DNA of 64,000 bases from Candidatus Undinarchaeales archaeon (GTDB lineage Archaea; SpSt-1190; JASMDC01), in NCBI GenBank assembly GCA_030753015.1, contig JASMDC010000013.1, positions 25,216 through 89,215 on the forward strand. Direction: 5' to 3'. Shown here one piece after another: positions 18,520 to 27,517 of this stretch; the stretch's first letter is position 1, and every line of letters starts with the position of its first letter. A program made the position numbers and the translations under genes. The notes beneath the pieces are model-generated. The model did no database searches. It worked only from the letters and a program-made list of their open reading frames with translations, and had not been told where the DNA came from.

Positions 18520-20505
18520 TCAGTGCCTCCCCTGCTGTTGTGGTGGGTTCAGATCGAACTTGAAGGCCCCTCTCCAGGCCTCCTGCATGGCCGCGGTGAA
18601 GATGGGCTGCATCTCGAAGAGCAGCGCGTACATAGCCCTCCGGCGCCGGCTGGAGAAGAGCCCGCCGAACATACCGCGGAACCTTCCGTACCGGTCGATG
18701 GGGGGCGCGTCACCGCCGTATGAGAGGCCGAAACCCTTTGGATAGAGCCCGAAGGTCGCCAGGACATCGACGACCGAGTACCACGACTCGGCGATGCCCC
18801 GGCGGAGGGGTTCGAAGAGGCTCTCGACCCGTTCCACCTGCTTGATGACGATTCCGTCGTTGACGTGCGCGGGATCGAAGCGGAATAGCTCGTCCAACCA
18901 CCCGAACGTGATGAAGTTCACTATCCAGGGAAGCCCTTTACCGAACACCGCATCGAGGATGCCGCCCTCATGGGCGTGCCCGTGGTCTTCCGTCTCGCCG
19001 TACTCCTCGTCCTCGAGGTCCCCCTCGTCCTCCTCGAGCTCTCTTAGCCATTTGGGCTTCTTCTTCTTGTTGAATAGCTTGTTGCCATAATCGATGGTCT
19101 CCCAAGGCGAGAAGCCCGAGGCCTTGTTGAGCCAGTACATGAGGAACGCGTGGGACCGTGCCCGCTTTGCGGGGATGCGCTGGCAGAACACGGTGGGATC
19201 GCCACGCCACCAGACGTTGAATGACGCCCATGAGATCACGTTCGCGAGGCGCTCGACCTCCACGATGCCTATGTAGCTCCACGTCCTCACCCTGCCCCAG
19301 AGGAAGGGGGTCCCGGGTTCGGAGTACACGACCATGGCACGCTCGACGAGGATCTTCCACATTGGTTTCCAGAAGTGCCACATGGGCTGGCAGAAGAGGA
19401 AGTATGCAGTGTACCTTACACGAGGCACCCACTCGATCTGTTCTCTCACTACCCCTTCCATCTGGCCCTTCTCGCTGGTCCTCTGGAACTCGTTGAACGT
19501 GTCGATGCGGATCTTCTCAGCGGCCGCGATGTGCCGGGCCGCCCACATCTTGTAGGACCGTAGGTTGGCCAGCTGGAGCGACATGTTCTTGTGGATCTCC
19601 GTCTTGAGGCGGTGGAGCATCTGATAGTAGTTGATCTTCCAATGGAGGTACTCCTGTAGCTTTCGTTTGAGCACTGCCGCCACTGCGGGATTGATCTTCT
19701 TGTTCTTCACCAGATCGTCCACGCTCTTATAGTCCTGGACCCGGTAGAACCACATCATCACCCCCCGGAAGGTCTCCACAGGTTTCCCACCGGTCGCGCG
19801 TCCGGTCGCGAGGGCTGAGATGCTGGCGTTACCACCGTACTCGTCGATGAAGATACCCCGCACGAACTCCTCCTTCGGTCCCGTGAGGCATGCTGTTGAT
19901 ACTTCCTCAGACCACTCCTCCACGTTTCCGACGTCGACCTTTCGCCGGTCAGTGACCTCGTTGAAGGTGCGGAGGTTGTCCTCGAACACCCCGAGCCTCT
20001 CATCGATCTTCTGCTGGTCGGCCCGGAGGTTGTACACAGCGGTCTGGACGGACTGGATGGTAGAAAGGAGCTGCTGGGCGCTGCGGCGCTGGTAATCCTG
20101 GCGCGAGAGGAGTTCGCCGGCCGTACGTGACATGGGCGTGGCGTAGAACGCCTCGTCTAGGATGAAGCCGCCCCAGTAAGTACCCTCCGAGAAGAGCTGC
20201 TCGTGGCAGGCGTTGATCTGTTGGTAGGCGTACTCGATGGCCTTGAAGAGGTCCACATCGGTCCGCATGGCGATCTCAAGGATGATGAACCACGAGAATG
20301 AGGTCAGGCCGAGGTAGTTCATGAGGTCGTCCACGGACACGGGTTTGCGCTCCTTGAACAGGTCCACGAACTGCTTTTCGGCGGCCTTGAGGAGCAATAG
20401 CTCTCTCCAGGTCTCGTAGAGAATGATCATCACGATGATGAACAAGCCCACTACACCGATATACTTCGCACCGAAGAGTAGAAGTGCTGCGATATCAATG
20501 GCCGT
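18520..20505 (-). CDS. Membrane-anchored conserved hypothetical protein (resembles a DPANN-conserved family, from recall)
   Basis: 643-aa ORF in track (GTG 20451), extendable to ACG 20505 behind a GAGGGGTGA RBS; N-terminal TM; helical core ...LKRKLQEYLHWK...QLANLRSYKMWA. Confidence 0.8.
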   Translation of the reverse strand, partial: TAIDIAALLLFGAKYIGVVGLFIIVMIILYETWRELLLLKAAEKQFVDLFKERKPVSVDDLMNYLGLTSFSWFIILEIAMRTDVDLFKAIEYAYQQINACHEQLFSEGTYWGGFILDEAFYATPMSRTAGELLSRQDYQRRSAQQLLSTIQSVQTAVYNLRADQQKIDERLGVFEDNLRTFNEVTDRRKVDVGNVEEWSEEVSTACLTGPKEEFVRGIFIDEYGGNASISALATGRATGGKPVETFRGVMMWFYRVQDYKSVDDLVKNKKINPAVAAVLKRKLQEYLHWKINYYQMLHRLKTEIHKNMSLQLANLRSYKMWAARHIAAAEKIRIDTFNEFQRTSEKGQMEGVVREQIEWVPRVRYTAYFLFCQPMWHFWKPMWKILVERAMVVYSEPGTPFLWGRVRTWSYIGIVEVERLANVISWASFNVWWRGDPTVFCQRIPAKRARSHAFLMYWLNKASGFSPWETIDYGNKLFNKKKKPKWLRELEEDEGDLEDEEYGETEDHGHAHEGGILDAVFGKGLPWIVNFITFGWLDELFRFDPAHVNDGIVIKQVERVESLFEPLRRGIAESWYSVVDVLATFGLYPKGFGLSYGGDAPPIDRYGRFRGMFGGLFSSRRRRAMYALLFEMQPIFTAAMQEAWRGAFKFDLNPPQQQGRH

Positions 20506-20625
20506 TGTAGGTCACCCCTCTGTAGTAACTAGTCGCGTCGTTGGTATAAGTACCACTCAACTTTTACACTATCAGTGTAAAGTGTATATGAATGCTTATA
20601 TATCTATTACGCCATTTGTATACAC

Positions 20626-22161
20626 ATGGCGCGTCTAGACCCCCGGATCCTGCACCAATTACGCATAACGGGATCTATCTTCGTGAACAATGTGGAGAAC
20701 AGGAACGAAGCCCGACTGCTCGTGATCAGGCATGTCCATGAGCATCCGGGGATAACCGTTGACGACCTGTACACCGCCCTGAAGCGTGAGCTCCACCCCC
20801 TCTGGGTGCGCTCGCCCAAGGACCTGGAGACCCATGTGCTCCGACGACTGTCCCAGCACGTGATCGAGATCGTCGACGCCTCAGGGACGCGGAAGGAACG
20901 CGATCCAGAGATCGGAGAGGTGTTGCGTATCAGGGGGAACGACCACCTGAGCATCGAGCCCGAATTCACTGCAACCCTCCGGCCCGAGGAGCGCCCTGCC
21001 GATCCATCACGGGCCGCGACCTCCCTGCAGGCCTTGCAGGCAGCCACGCTCGAGGCAGAGGGGCGCCTCTCGTTCTGTGATGGGCTCTTGACCCTCCTCG
21101 AGCTCGACCTGTACCATTATAGCAAGTCGTTCCACATCCGGTACGAGGACATGCGACCGCTCTTGGATAAGCTACGATCGGCAGGTTCCCTGGCGGACCC
21201 CGACCTCGGCCTGGAAGGATTCAGCGAGATCATGCGCCCCGAATCGGAGGCGCGGTTCCTGAGAGCCTGCGCCGAGGGGGTCCATTACCTCAACCATACC
21301 CTCAAGGTCGAACGTCGATTGACCGTTGAGGAGCGGTCCCATGTCGAGGAGGAAGCGCGGGCCATCGCCGAGATGGCGGGCGAGGCCTTCACTGCCCTGA
21401 ACGCACACCTCGAGGATAATCTCCAGCTGCGGTTGCGCACGTTCTCTAGATGCGAGTGCGTGCTCGCGCTCTCAGCATATACCGCGACACTTGCTCATAT
21501 GGGCGAGGAGAAGGAGAGGATCGAGACGGCGAACCAGCTCCTCAGGCGCCTGGCCGACATGCTCGTCCTCGACGTGAAGGGGAAGACCTTTCACTACATA
21601 GATACTATCGAGCGGAAGGAGACGCTCGTGAACGACCGGGCACCGTACCTCATGGCACTCGCCACCATCGCGCTCTCGGCCTCCGTCCCCGCCTTCCATC
21701 GGGACGGTGATGAGGGACGGGTGTTCGAATGCGAGCGCACTGTCACCAAAGCACTCCATGAGCTCGCGGCCATCGGGACCGACGAACTCGAGGGGATGAG
21801 CGATGACGAGGCCGCTGCCGAGCGGTTCGGTTTCGGCTACGGGAAGGTAATGGTCCCCCATCCCGGTCTCGCGCTCGTCCTGGCCGCCGTAAGCGGTGCC
21901 ATGACGGACCCGCCCCCGGGGGCGGATAGGGAGAGCGATCCTGAGCTCATCGAGGCGTTGGAAGAGCTCCAGCTCGTAGGGTACCCCCTGCTCCTCGACC
22001 TACGAGGGGAGGACGGCATGTGGGAGGACAAGAACGGGGCGGCCGTGGTACCATTCACCGCGATGGCGATGCGTGCGCTCACTCTCCGTTCCGATCTCCT
22101 CGATGCCAGAGAGGTGGCCACTGCCATCAGCAGCTCGGTGGAGACTAACGAGGAGAACTAA
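20626..22161 (+). CDS. Hypothetical helical protein, possible N-terminal winged-HTH
   Basis: 511-aa ORF preceded by an AT-rich TATA region; HPGITVDDLY HTH-like segment. Confidence 0.7.
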   Translation: MARLDPRILHQLRITGSIFVNNVENRNEARLLVIRHVHEHPGITVDDLYTALKRELHPLWVRSPKDLETHVLRRLSQHVIEIVDASGTRKERDPEIGEVLRIRGNDHLSIEPEFTATLRPEERPADPSRAATSLQALQAATLEAEGRLSFCDGLLTLLELDLYHYSKSFHIRYEDMRPLLDKLRSAGSLADPDLGLEGFSEIMRPESEARFLRACAEGVHYLNHTLKVERRLTVEERSHVEEEARAIAEMAGEAFTALNAHLEDNLQLRLRTFSRCECVLALSAYTATLAHMGEEKERIETANQLLRRLADMLVLDVKGKTFHYIDTIERKETLVNDRAPYLMALATIALSASVPAFHRDGDEGRVFECERTVTKALHELAAIGTDELEGMSDDEAAAERFGFGYGKVMVPHPGLALVLAAVSGAMTDPPPGADRESDPELIEALEELQLVGYPLLLDLRGEDGMWEDKNGAAVVPFTAMAMRALTLRSDLLDAREVATAISSSVETNEEN

Positions 22162-22166
22162 AGGAC

Positions 22167-23273
22167 CTATACCTCGAACCTGTTCGCATCGATCTCCTGC
22201 CCGAGCTCGAGCAGGGCACCACCACAACCGATGGCGTCCCACCGAGGCCCGGCGACATACTCCCGTGCGAACGGATCACGGTAGGTCCGCAGGTTCATGA
22301 TCGGATTCTCCATCATCCGCAACTGCCCGGGATTGACCACGGGAGTGCCCTCGAGATAGGTCACACCGACGCACGAGTGGACGTGTCCGCAGCCGACCAC
22401 GGCCGTCGCCGAACGCTGCGCGAACTTGGCCACCATCTTCGAGCCCACGAAGAACACCTTGAACTTTTCCTCGTCCTCGGTATCACTGAGGATACCGATA
22501 TCGGCACCGGAGTGGTAAGGCGGGATATGCGAGAGCAGGATTATACGCCGCCCTTCCGCTTTACGGTAGGCACGAAGAAGAAGTCGGCCGTACTCCTCCT
22601 CGGAATACTCCAGGCGAGGGGCGTTCTGGGTCAGGACCTGCGTGTGGAATGTATTGAGGTAGTAGGATTCCCAGGGGATGAGCGAAGTGGGGAGCCCCGC
22701 GGGTACCAGTTCCACTACACGCCCGAGCCCAACGACTGCCAGGTCGTTGCTGAGGGGGACGGCCCGTCCATGAGCATGGACGATGTTCGGATGGTCCTCG
22801 CCCACCTCCTCGACCATACGCTCGGCATTGAAGTAGTCCTGCTCACCCAGCACGATGACCACTGGCTGCTTCCTGATGGTCGTGAGGACGTCAAGAACGT
22901 CCCGGAGGCTCCGGCGTGTGAAATCCTTGAAGTCCGGGTCGTTCCGCCCACGCTCGATGAGTCCCTCGACCCATATGACGCGTTCCGTTTCCACAGGACG
23001 CTCCCCCTTCACGTCCTTCACGTACTCCTCGAACCGCAGGTGTTCGTCCTGCGTCACCTTAAAGGGGAAGTAACCTCGCTCCCTGAGCGTGTCGCGCTCC
23101 TTCTCAGTGGCGTCCGGGGCCACGGGCCAGACGGCACGGGAGCCGACGTCCCCGGCCACAAGGAAGGCGTCCGCCTTGCGCGATAGATGGAACCGCACGG
23201 CTCTGCGCGTGTTCTCCACGTCACCATGGATGTCGGCGACAAGCACCGCCCGGTATCTATGCGTCTTCGACAT
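22167..23273 (-). CDS. Calcineurin-like metallophosphoesterase (Icc-related)
   Basis: ADIHGD, AGDVG, LGEQD, SHIPP, CGHVH motifs. Confidence 0.85.
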   Translation of the reverse strand: MSKTHRYRAVLVADIHGDVENTRRAVRFHLSRKADAFLVAGDVGSRAVWPVAPDATEKERDTLRERGYFPFKVTQDEHLRFEEYVKDVKGERPVETERVIWVEGLIERGRNDPDFKDFTRRSLRDVLDVLTTIRKQPVVIVLGEQDYFNAERMVEEVGEDHPNIVHAHGRAVPLSNDLAVVGLGRVVELVPAGLPTSLIPWESYYLNTFHTQVLTQNAPRLEYSEEEYGRLLLRAYRKAEGRRIILLSHIPPYHSGADIGILSDTEDEEKFKVFFVGSKMVAKFAQRSATAVVGCGHVHSCVGVTYLEGTPVVNPGQLRMMENPIMNLRTYRDPFAREYVAGPRWDAIGCGGALLELGQEIDANRFEV

Positions 23274-24387
23274 GCTCGGTCACGATGATGGGGGAAGCGC
23301 GGACATCCCGCCCCTCTACCTCTGCGATTGCGGCCATTCCACCCATGGGTTCCCAGATGGCTACGGGGACGTATGACGTAGCAATCTCGTCCACCACGTT
23401 GCGTACGTTGTACAGAGGGCGCTCGAGGCCGGCGAGCTGCCCCGTGTTGACGACCAGCGTCTCACCGATGCGCGTGAGTCCCGTGCAGGCGCGGATGTGG
23501 CCGGTATTAACGAGGAGGGTTTCGTCACGCATGGCGTACGTACGCACGGCGGACGATCCCGTAGGATGCACCTGTCCCTCTTTTGAAACCACAAGATCGG
23601 CCCCCGATGCGAAGGGCGGCGTGTGGCTGAGGAGCAGGACTGGACGTCCTTTTGCCTTCTTGTAGCCCAGCCCGAGGAGCCGACCGGCCTCTCCCTCCGC
23701 GATCTCGTTATGCCCCACGGATTTGTGGACCTTTGGCCTTGAGCGCTCGTGTCCGGCGAAGAACGAAGCGGGGCTCTTGGTGAAGAGGGTCTCCACCACC
23801 TCGGAGCTGTCGGTGGCCACGACCCGGCCGAGGCCAACGACGGCAAGGTCGCCGAGGTCAGCACAATCCCCATGGATGAGCTTGAAAAGGGGCGTTCGCT
23901 CCCCAGTGGCCTCCATCAGGTCAGAGGCGCAATCGATGTCCCCGGAGCCGGGCACTATCAGGCAGGGGAGGTCGTTGTCGGCACAGAAGGTCTCGATCGT
24001 CTCGAGCACGGTGCTGAGCGATCGCTTACCGAAGTCTGATCCTTCGAGTTTGGTAGCACCCTCCTTGAACAAGCGGTCAAGGGAGTCCATGTCCTCTGCA
24101 GTGGCCTTCATGTCAAGGAAATCGTTGAACCGTCGAGCGAAACCGTCGAAGGTGGCGGCGTCCACAGAAAACGGCATGACCCCTCGTTGCTCGAGGAAAG
24201 CGCGGTCGCGATCGTCAGCTTCTGGATGGACGGGCCATGCTCGGTCGCCACCGAGGTCGCCGCTGACAAGCAGGCCGTCCACTCCAGTCTTCCTGCCCTC
24301 CTCGAGGACGTGTGAAAGGAAGAGACTGTCCCCGTGGACATTCGAGAGAAAAAGCAGCCGCGTCATAGTGTTCAGTACCGTTATCAT
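23257..24387 (-). CDS. Metallophosphoesterase paralog with degenerate metal ligands
   Basis: SNVHGD, SGDLG, PGSGD, SHTPP, TGHIR; collinear with the adjacent gene; start may be ATG 24366. Confidence 0.8.
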   Translation of the reverse strand: MITVLNTMTRLLFLSNVHGDSLFLSHVLEEGRKTGVDGLLVSGDLGGDRAWPVHPEADDRDRAFLEQRGVMPFSVDAATFDGFARRFNDFLDMKATAEDMDSLDRLFKEGATKLEGSDFGKRSLSTVLETIETFCADNDLPCLIVPGSGDIDCASDLMEATGERTPLFKLIHGDCADLGDLAVVGLGRVVATDSSEVVETLFTKSPASFFAGHERSRPKVHKSVGHNEIAEGEAGRLLGLGYKKAKGRPVLLLSHTPPFASGADLVVSKEGQVHPTGSSAVRTYAMRDETLLVNTGHIRACTGLTRIGETLVVNTGQLAGLERPLYNVRNVVDEIATSYVPVAIWEPMGGMAAIAEVEGRDVRASPIIVTEHVEDA

Positions 24388-24431
24388 AGGAAAACTATAA
24401 AAACTTCCAACGGTGCTCCTTTCGTAAGGAA

Positions 24432-24653
24432 ATGGGACACGAAGAATTCATGTATATGAACTACCTCTTTGGCCTCGGACTTTTGGCCATCTTCATCTCG
24501 GTAGTCGTGAATTACTTCTCCACACCTATTTCGCTGCTCGTGGCCGCAATCCTTATACTCCTCATCTTCAAGGAGGTCATTACGCCGGAGTTCCCCGAGA
24601 TCGACAAGTGGGATGCCGAGTCCGATCTCTACGAGGACTACCACAACTACTGA
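24432..24653 (+). CDS. Small two-TM membrane protein
   Basis: 73 aa, two hydrophobic helices, acidic tail. Confidence 0.6.
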   Translation: MGHEEFMYMNYLFGLGLLAIFISVVVNYFSTPISLLVAAILILLIFKEVITPEFPEIDKWDAESDLYEDYHNY

Positions 24654-24663
24654 GGTCTTCGCC

Positions 24664-25131
24664 GTGAACGACGACGATCCGCTTACAAGCTTACTAAGCC
24701 CGCTCTTCGAAGAGCCTGCTGAGCGAGAGGAACCAGTGATCGGCCCCATTCGCGATGACTTCGGGCCGGTCCTGCCTTCCGTCATGGATGAGCCGACGTC
24801 CGCTCCCACGGACACGTGGATGTGGCCCATGCAGGACCCTCACCCCGAGGATATCGACCGTGAAGCGGACCTTCGCTCTCGTCTGGAGTTCATCCGCAAG
24901 GAGCTCCCCCCCGCCCAACGTCGGGAATGGATGCTGCGCCTGCTCAACCAGTTCTCCGACCTCTCCGAGGACAACGCCCTGTTCGGTGAGCTTAACAACT
25001 ACATGCGCCTCACTCAGGAGGAGGAGCATGCCGCCGGCGAGTTCTGGGAACGTACACCGCAGGCCTGGGACCATCCCCACGGTGGTGACTACGAGGACAA
25101 CAACACTCGTGACACATACAGGCTAGTGTGA
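24664..25131 (+). CDS. Acidic hypothetical protein
   Basis: GAGGT RBS then GTG at 24664, in the frame of the 24613..25131 ORF. Confidence 0.55.
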   Translation: MNDDDPLTSLLSPLFEEPAEREEPVIGPIRDDFGPVLPSVMDEPTSAPTDTWMWPMQDPHPEDIDREADLRSRLEFIRKELPPAQRREWMLRLLNQFSDLSEDNALFGELNNYMRLTQEEEHAAGEFWERTPQAWDHPHGGDYEDNNTRDTYRLV

Positions 25132-25165
25132 ACCTTTTTATCCAGTGAGGGGTCAATAGGAACCT

Positions 25166-25741
25166 ATGCGGCCTCAACTGGAGGATGCTGACAAGGGCAT
25201 GACAGGGCTCTTCGTCTATCCCGTTGTGCTACTGGCCGTGTTCTATCCTTTTCGGTTCACCCTTTCCATCGACGACATCGGCGTGGTCATCAATTCCACC
25301 CTCATGATAACTGCCATCCGCCTCGCTCCCCTTGGCCTCTACCTCTTCTTCTGCGAGATGCGCGTGTTCTTCGCCTTCCGCGCCGCCATGGACGATGGCC
25401 AGCGCACTCTTTCGATCCTGTTCGGTGCATTCTTGCTCCTCTCATGGATCCCCGTCATGTACGGCGCCCAGAGCCAGATTACCCTCAAGGTCGTTGAACC
25501 TGTTGCAGGTGAGGAGCCTCTGATCCAGGCATTGTTCGAGACATTCGCCTCCATAGCCACGGTCATGGCCGAGGGCACTATCCCTGCTTTCGCTTTCCTG
25601 GGCTTCGCGGCCTTGGTCAACGCCTTTACATCGATGATCGACCGCGACTCGGATCCCTATTACCAGATGTACCAGCTTTCTGAGCAAGAACGCAAGAGGC
25701 GGGACCGTCACCATGACGCTCGCATGGAGATTCACCTTTGA
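25166..25741 (+). CDS. Four-TM membrane protein
   Basis: Four hydrophobic segments; TTTTTAT box about 30 bp upstream. Confidence 0.7.
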   Translation: MRPQLEDADKGMTGLFVYPVVLLAVFYPFRFTLSIDDIGVVINSTLMITAIRLAPLGLYLFFCEMRVFFAFRAAMDDGQRTLSILFGAFLLLSWIPVMYGAQSQITLKVVEPVAGEEPLIQALFETFASIATVMAEGTIPAFAFLGFAALVNAFTSMIDRDSDPYYQMYQLSEQERKRRDRHHDARMEIHL

Positions 25742-25796
25742 AGGATCTGCCCCCGCTCGGGAAGAGTTTTTATTTCTAATCATCTAGTCACGGTCC

Positions 25797-25988
25797 ATGA
25801 CCATCATCGAGAGCCCCATGAAGGACTTCGTGGTGCACATCTGTGCCAACTGCAGCGAGAAGGACGAGTGTGCGAAGTCGGAGAAGGACATGCTTACATG
25901 CTCCGACATCCTCGCCGCGCGCTCCCTGAGCTTCATCTCCAACTACCTCGCTGCCCAGATGCAGTTCTGCGCCGAGCAGTACAAATAA
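25797..25988 (+). CDS. Small Cys-containing protein (CxxC-x5-C-x9-C)
   Basis: 63 aa with strong GC3 codon bias; TATA-like box upstream. Confidence 0.65.
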   Translation: MTIIESPMKDFVVHICANCSEKDECAKSEKDMLTCSDILAARSLSFISNYLAAQMQFCAEQYK

Positions 25989-26003
25989 ACAGATCGGTCC
26001 CCC

Positions 26004-26615
26004 ATGGGACGCTCCGCGGGTCCGCCGTCGCGTCCCGGTCGACGGCGGTCCTCCCGAGCCCTCCGTTTCTCGTTATTCCACACGTTCCTCAATCTCGGCT
26101 GGCGTCATCATCTCAAGCTCCGCCAGCTTGTCGACCTCGCTGGTTGTGATGTACTTGACCTCGGTGGGGGCGGGATCCCGCTCCAGGGGTTCTACGCTGG
26201 AGGTGCCAATCGTTACGTTGTCGGTGACATAGATGGTACGTCCCTCGGCCTCGGACGGTCCCTTTCACGGTTCTTGCGCATCCCTATCGAATACCGTCGT
26301 CTCGACGCCCGCTCCCTTCCCGATGAACGTTACGATGTCGTCGTGTCCACGAACCTCGATCTCCATCCACGGAAGTACTTCGAAGAGGTAGACCGCATCC
26401 TTTCCCCCGGAGGACGGTTCTACTGGAGCTACACCGAGTTCGAAGGCATCAGTCCATGGTATCTGGATGCCGAGGCACGGATGCGCAAGTTCGGATTCTC
26501 CACCCATGTAGTCTCATCCTCCTGGTACCCGTTCTCCACGATGCGTGCGGGTCGCCACGGGGGCCGTCACATGGTCGTCATCGGCCGCAAGGAAGAGAAT
26601 AAGAGAAACCTTTAA
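26004..26615 (+). CDS. Class I SAM-dependent methyltransferase
   Basis: VLDLGGGG motif I, VVGDID, DARSLP, YDVVV, LSPGG. Confidence 0.8.
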   Translation: MGRSAGPPSRPGRRRSSRALRFSLFHTFLNLGWRHHLKLRQLVDLAGCDVLDLGGGGIPLQGFYAGGANRYVVGDIDGTSLGLGRSLSRFLRIPIEYRRLDARSLPDERYDVVVSTNLDLHPRKYFEEVDRILSPGGRFYWSYTEFEGISPWYLDAEARMRKFGFSTHVVSSSWYPFSTMRAGRHGGRHMVVIGRKEENKRNL

Positions 26616-26643
26616 ATAGTTGTTACTACTAATAAGTAGTGGC

Positions 26644-27423
26644 ATGCTGCCTTCTTCAACCCTTGAGTACGCGGTACGCGATTTCTCCGGTGGTAAGGCT
26701 AACATCACCGGGACCTACCGCGTTGACGAGGGCAATATCAATGCGGCCTACCGTATCGATGTAGATGAGAAGGGGCTTCTTTTTTCGTCCTCCGGTTCGT
26801 ATTACGCGAAAGAGGGGGACATGCGCGGGGAGATCGTGGGCTCCAAGCTCGCGGAATGCGCCGGGCTCTCCACATATCGCATCAAGCAGTACAAGGGCTT
26901 CGGCCTCATGGAATCGGCGCCAGGGAACATGGTAATCAAGTCCCGTAACGCGATCGACAAGGACCCCAAGCGCTTCGCCTACGAGATCGGTAAGTTATGC
27001 GCCTATGACTTCGTGTTCGGCGTAGGGGACGGTCACGCCAAGAACGTGTTCTACGACGGCAAGAAGGCAACACGGATCGACATGGAGTCCGTTCTAATGA
27101 CGGACATGGTGGACACCCGATACGTTGCCAGGGACTTCCTCGACAACCTCACGGGCTACCACACCAAGGCCGAGACGCTCAAGCCGCAACTGCGCAAGGG
27201 CTTCGACGACGCCTACAAGTCCATCCGCTCGAACAAGAGAGAGGCCCTCGGGACCGTGAACCGGGCCATCCGCGCAGGTATCGAGGTGGGCGACGGCTAT
27301 GGGAAGAAACCAGTGGACCCGAGTGTCACCAGTGAGGTGTCCCGACGCATCGATCTGAACACCGATCGCCTCTTTGACGAGATCTTCGACCAGTACCGGA
27401 TTCTGGCGGAGAGGAGACAGTGA
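26644..27423 (+). CDS. HipA/PI3K-PI4K-like kinase
   Basis: YYAK-x6-EIVGSKLA, DFVFGVGDGHAKN catalytic loop, RIDME; start ATG 26644 after a TTTAAATA box. Confidence 0.7.
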   Translation: MLPSSTLEYAVRDFSGGKANITGTYRVDEGNINAAYRIDVDEKGLLFSSSGSYYAKEGDMRGEIVGSKLAECAGLSTYRIKQYKGFGLMESAPGNMVIKSRNAIDKDPKRFAYEIGKLCAYDFVFGVGDGHAKNVFYDGKKATRIDMESVLMTDMVDTRYVARDFLDNLTGYHTKAETLKPQLRKGFDDAYKSIRSNKREALGTVNRAIRAGIEVGDGYGKKPVDPSVTSEVSRRIDLNTDRLFDEIFDQYRILAERRQ

Positions 27424-27517
27424 TAGAATATACCACCGATGAACTTTGCCCCAGCCGCGAAGGTCAGATTTTTAAAATCCGTCATGGTGGGGTGCCCCGC
27501 ATCCAGGGTGACATGCC

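Noticed and set aside
24432-25131. Programmed frameshift or TGA readthrough joining the two ORFs
   Set aside because: The second ORF has its own GAGGT RBS and GTG at 24664, and no slippery site or SECIS-like element is evident.
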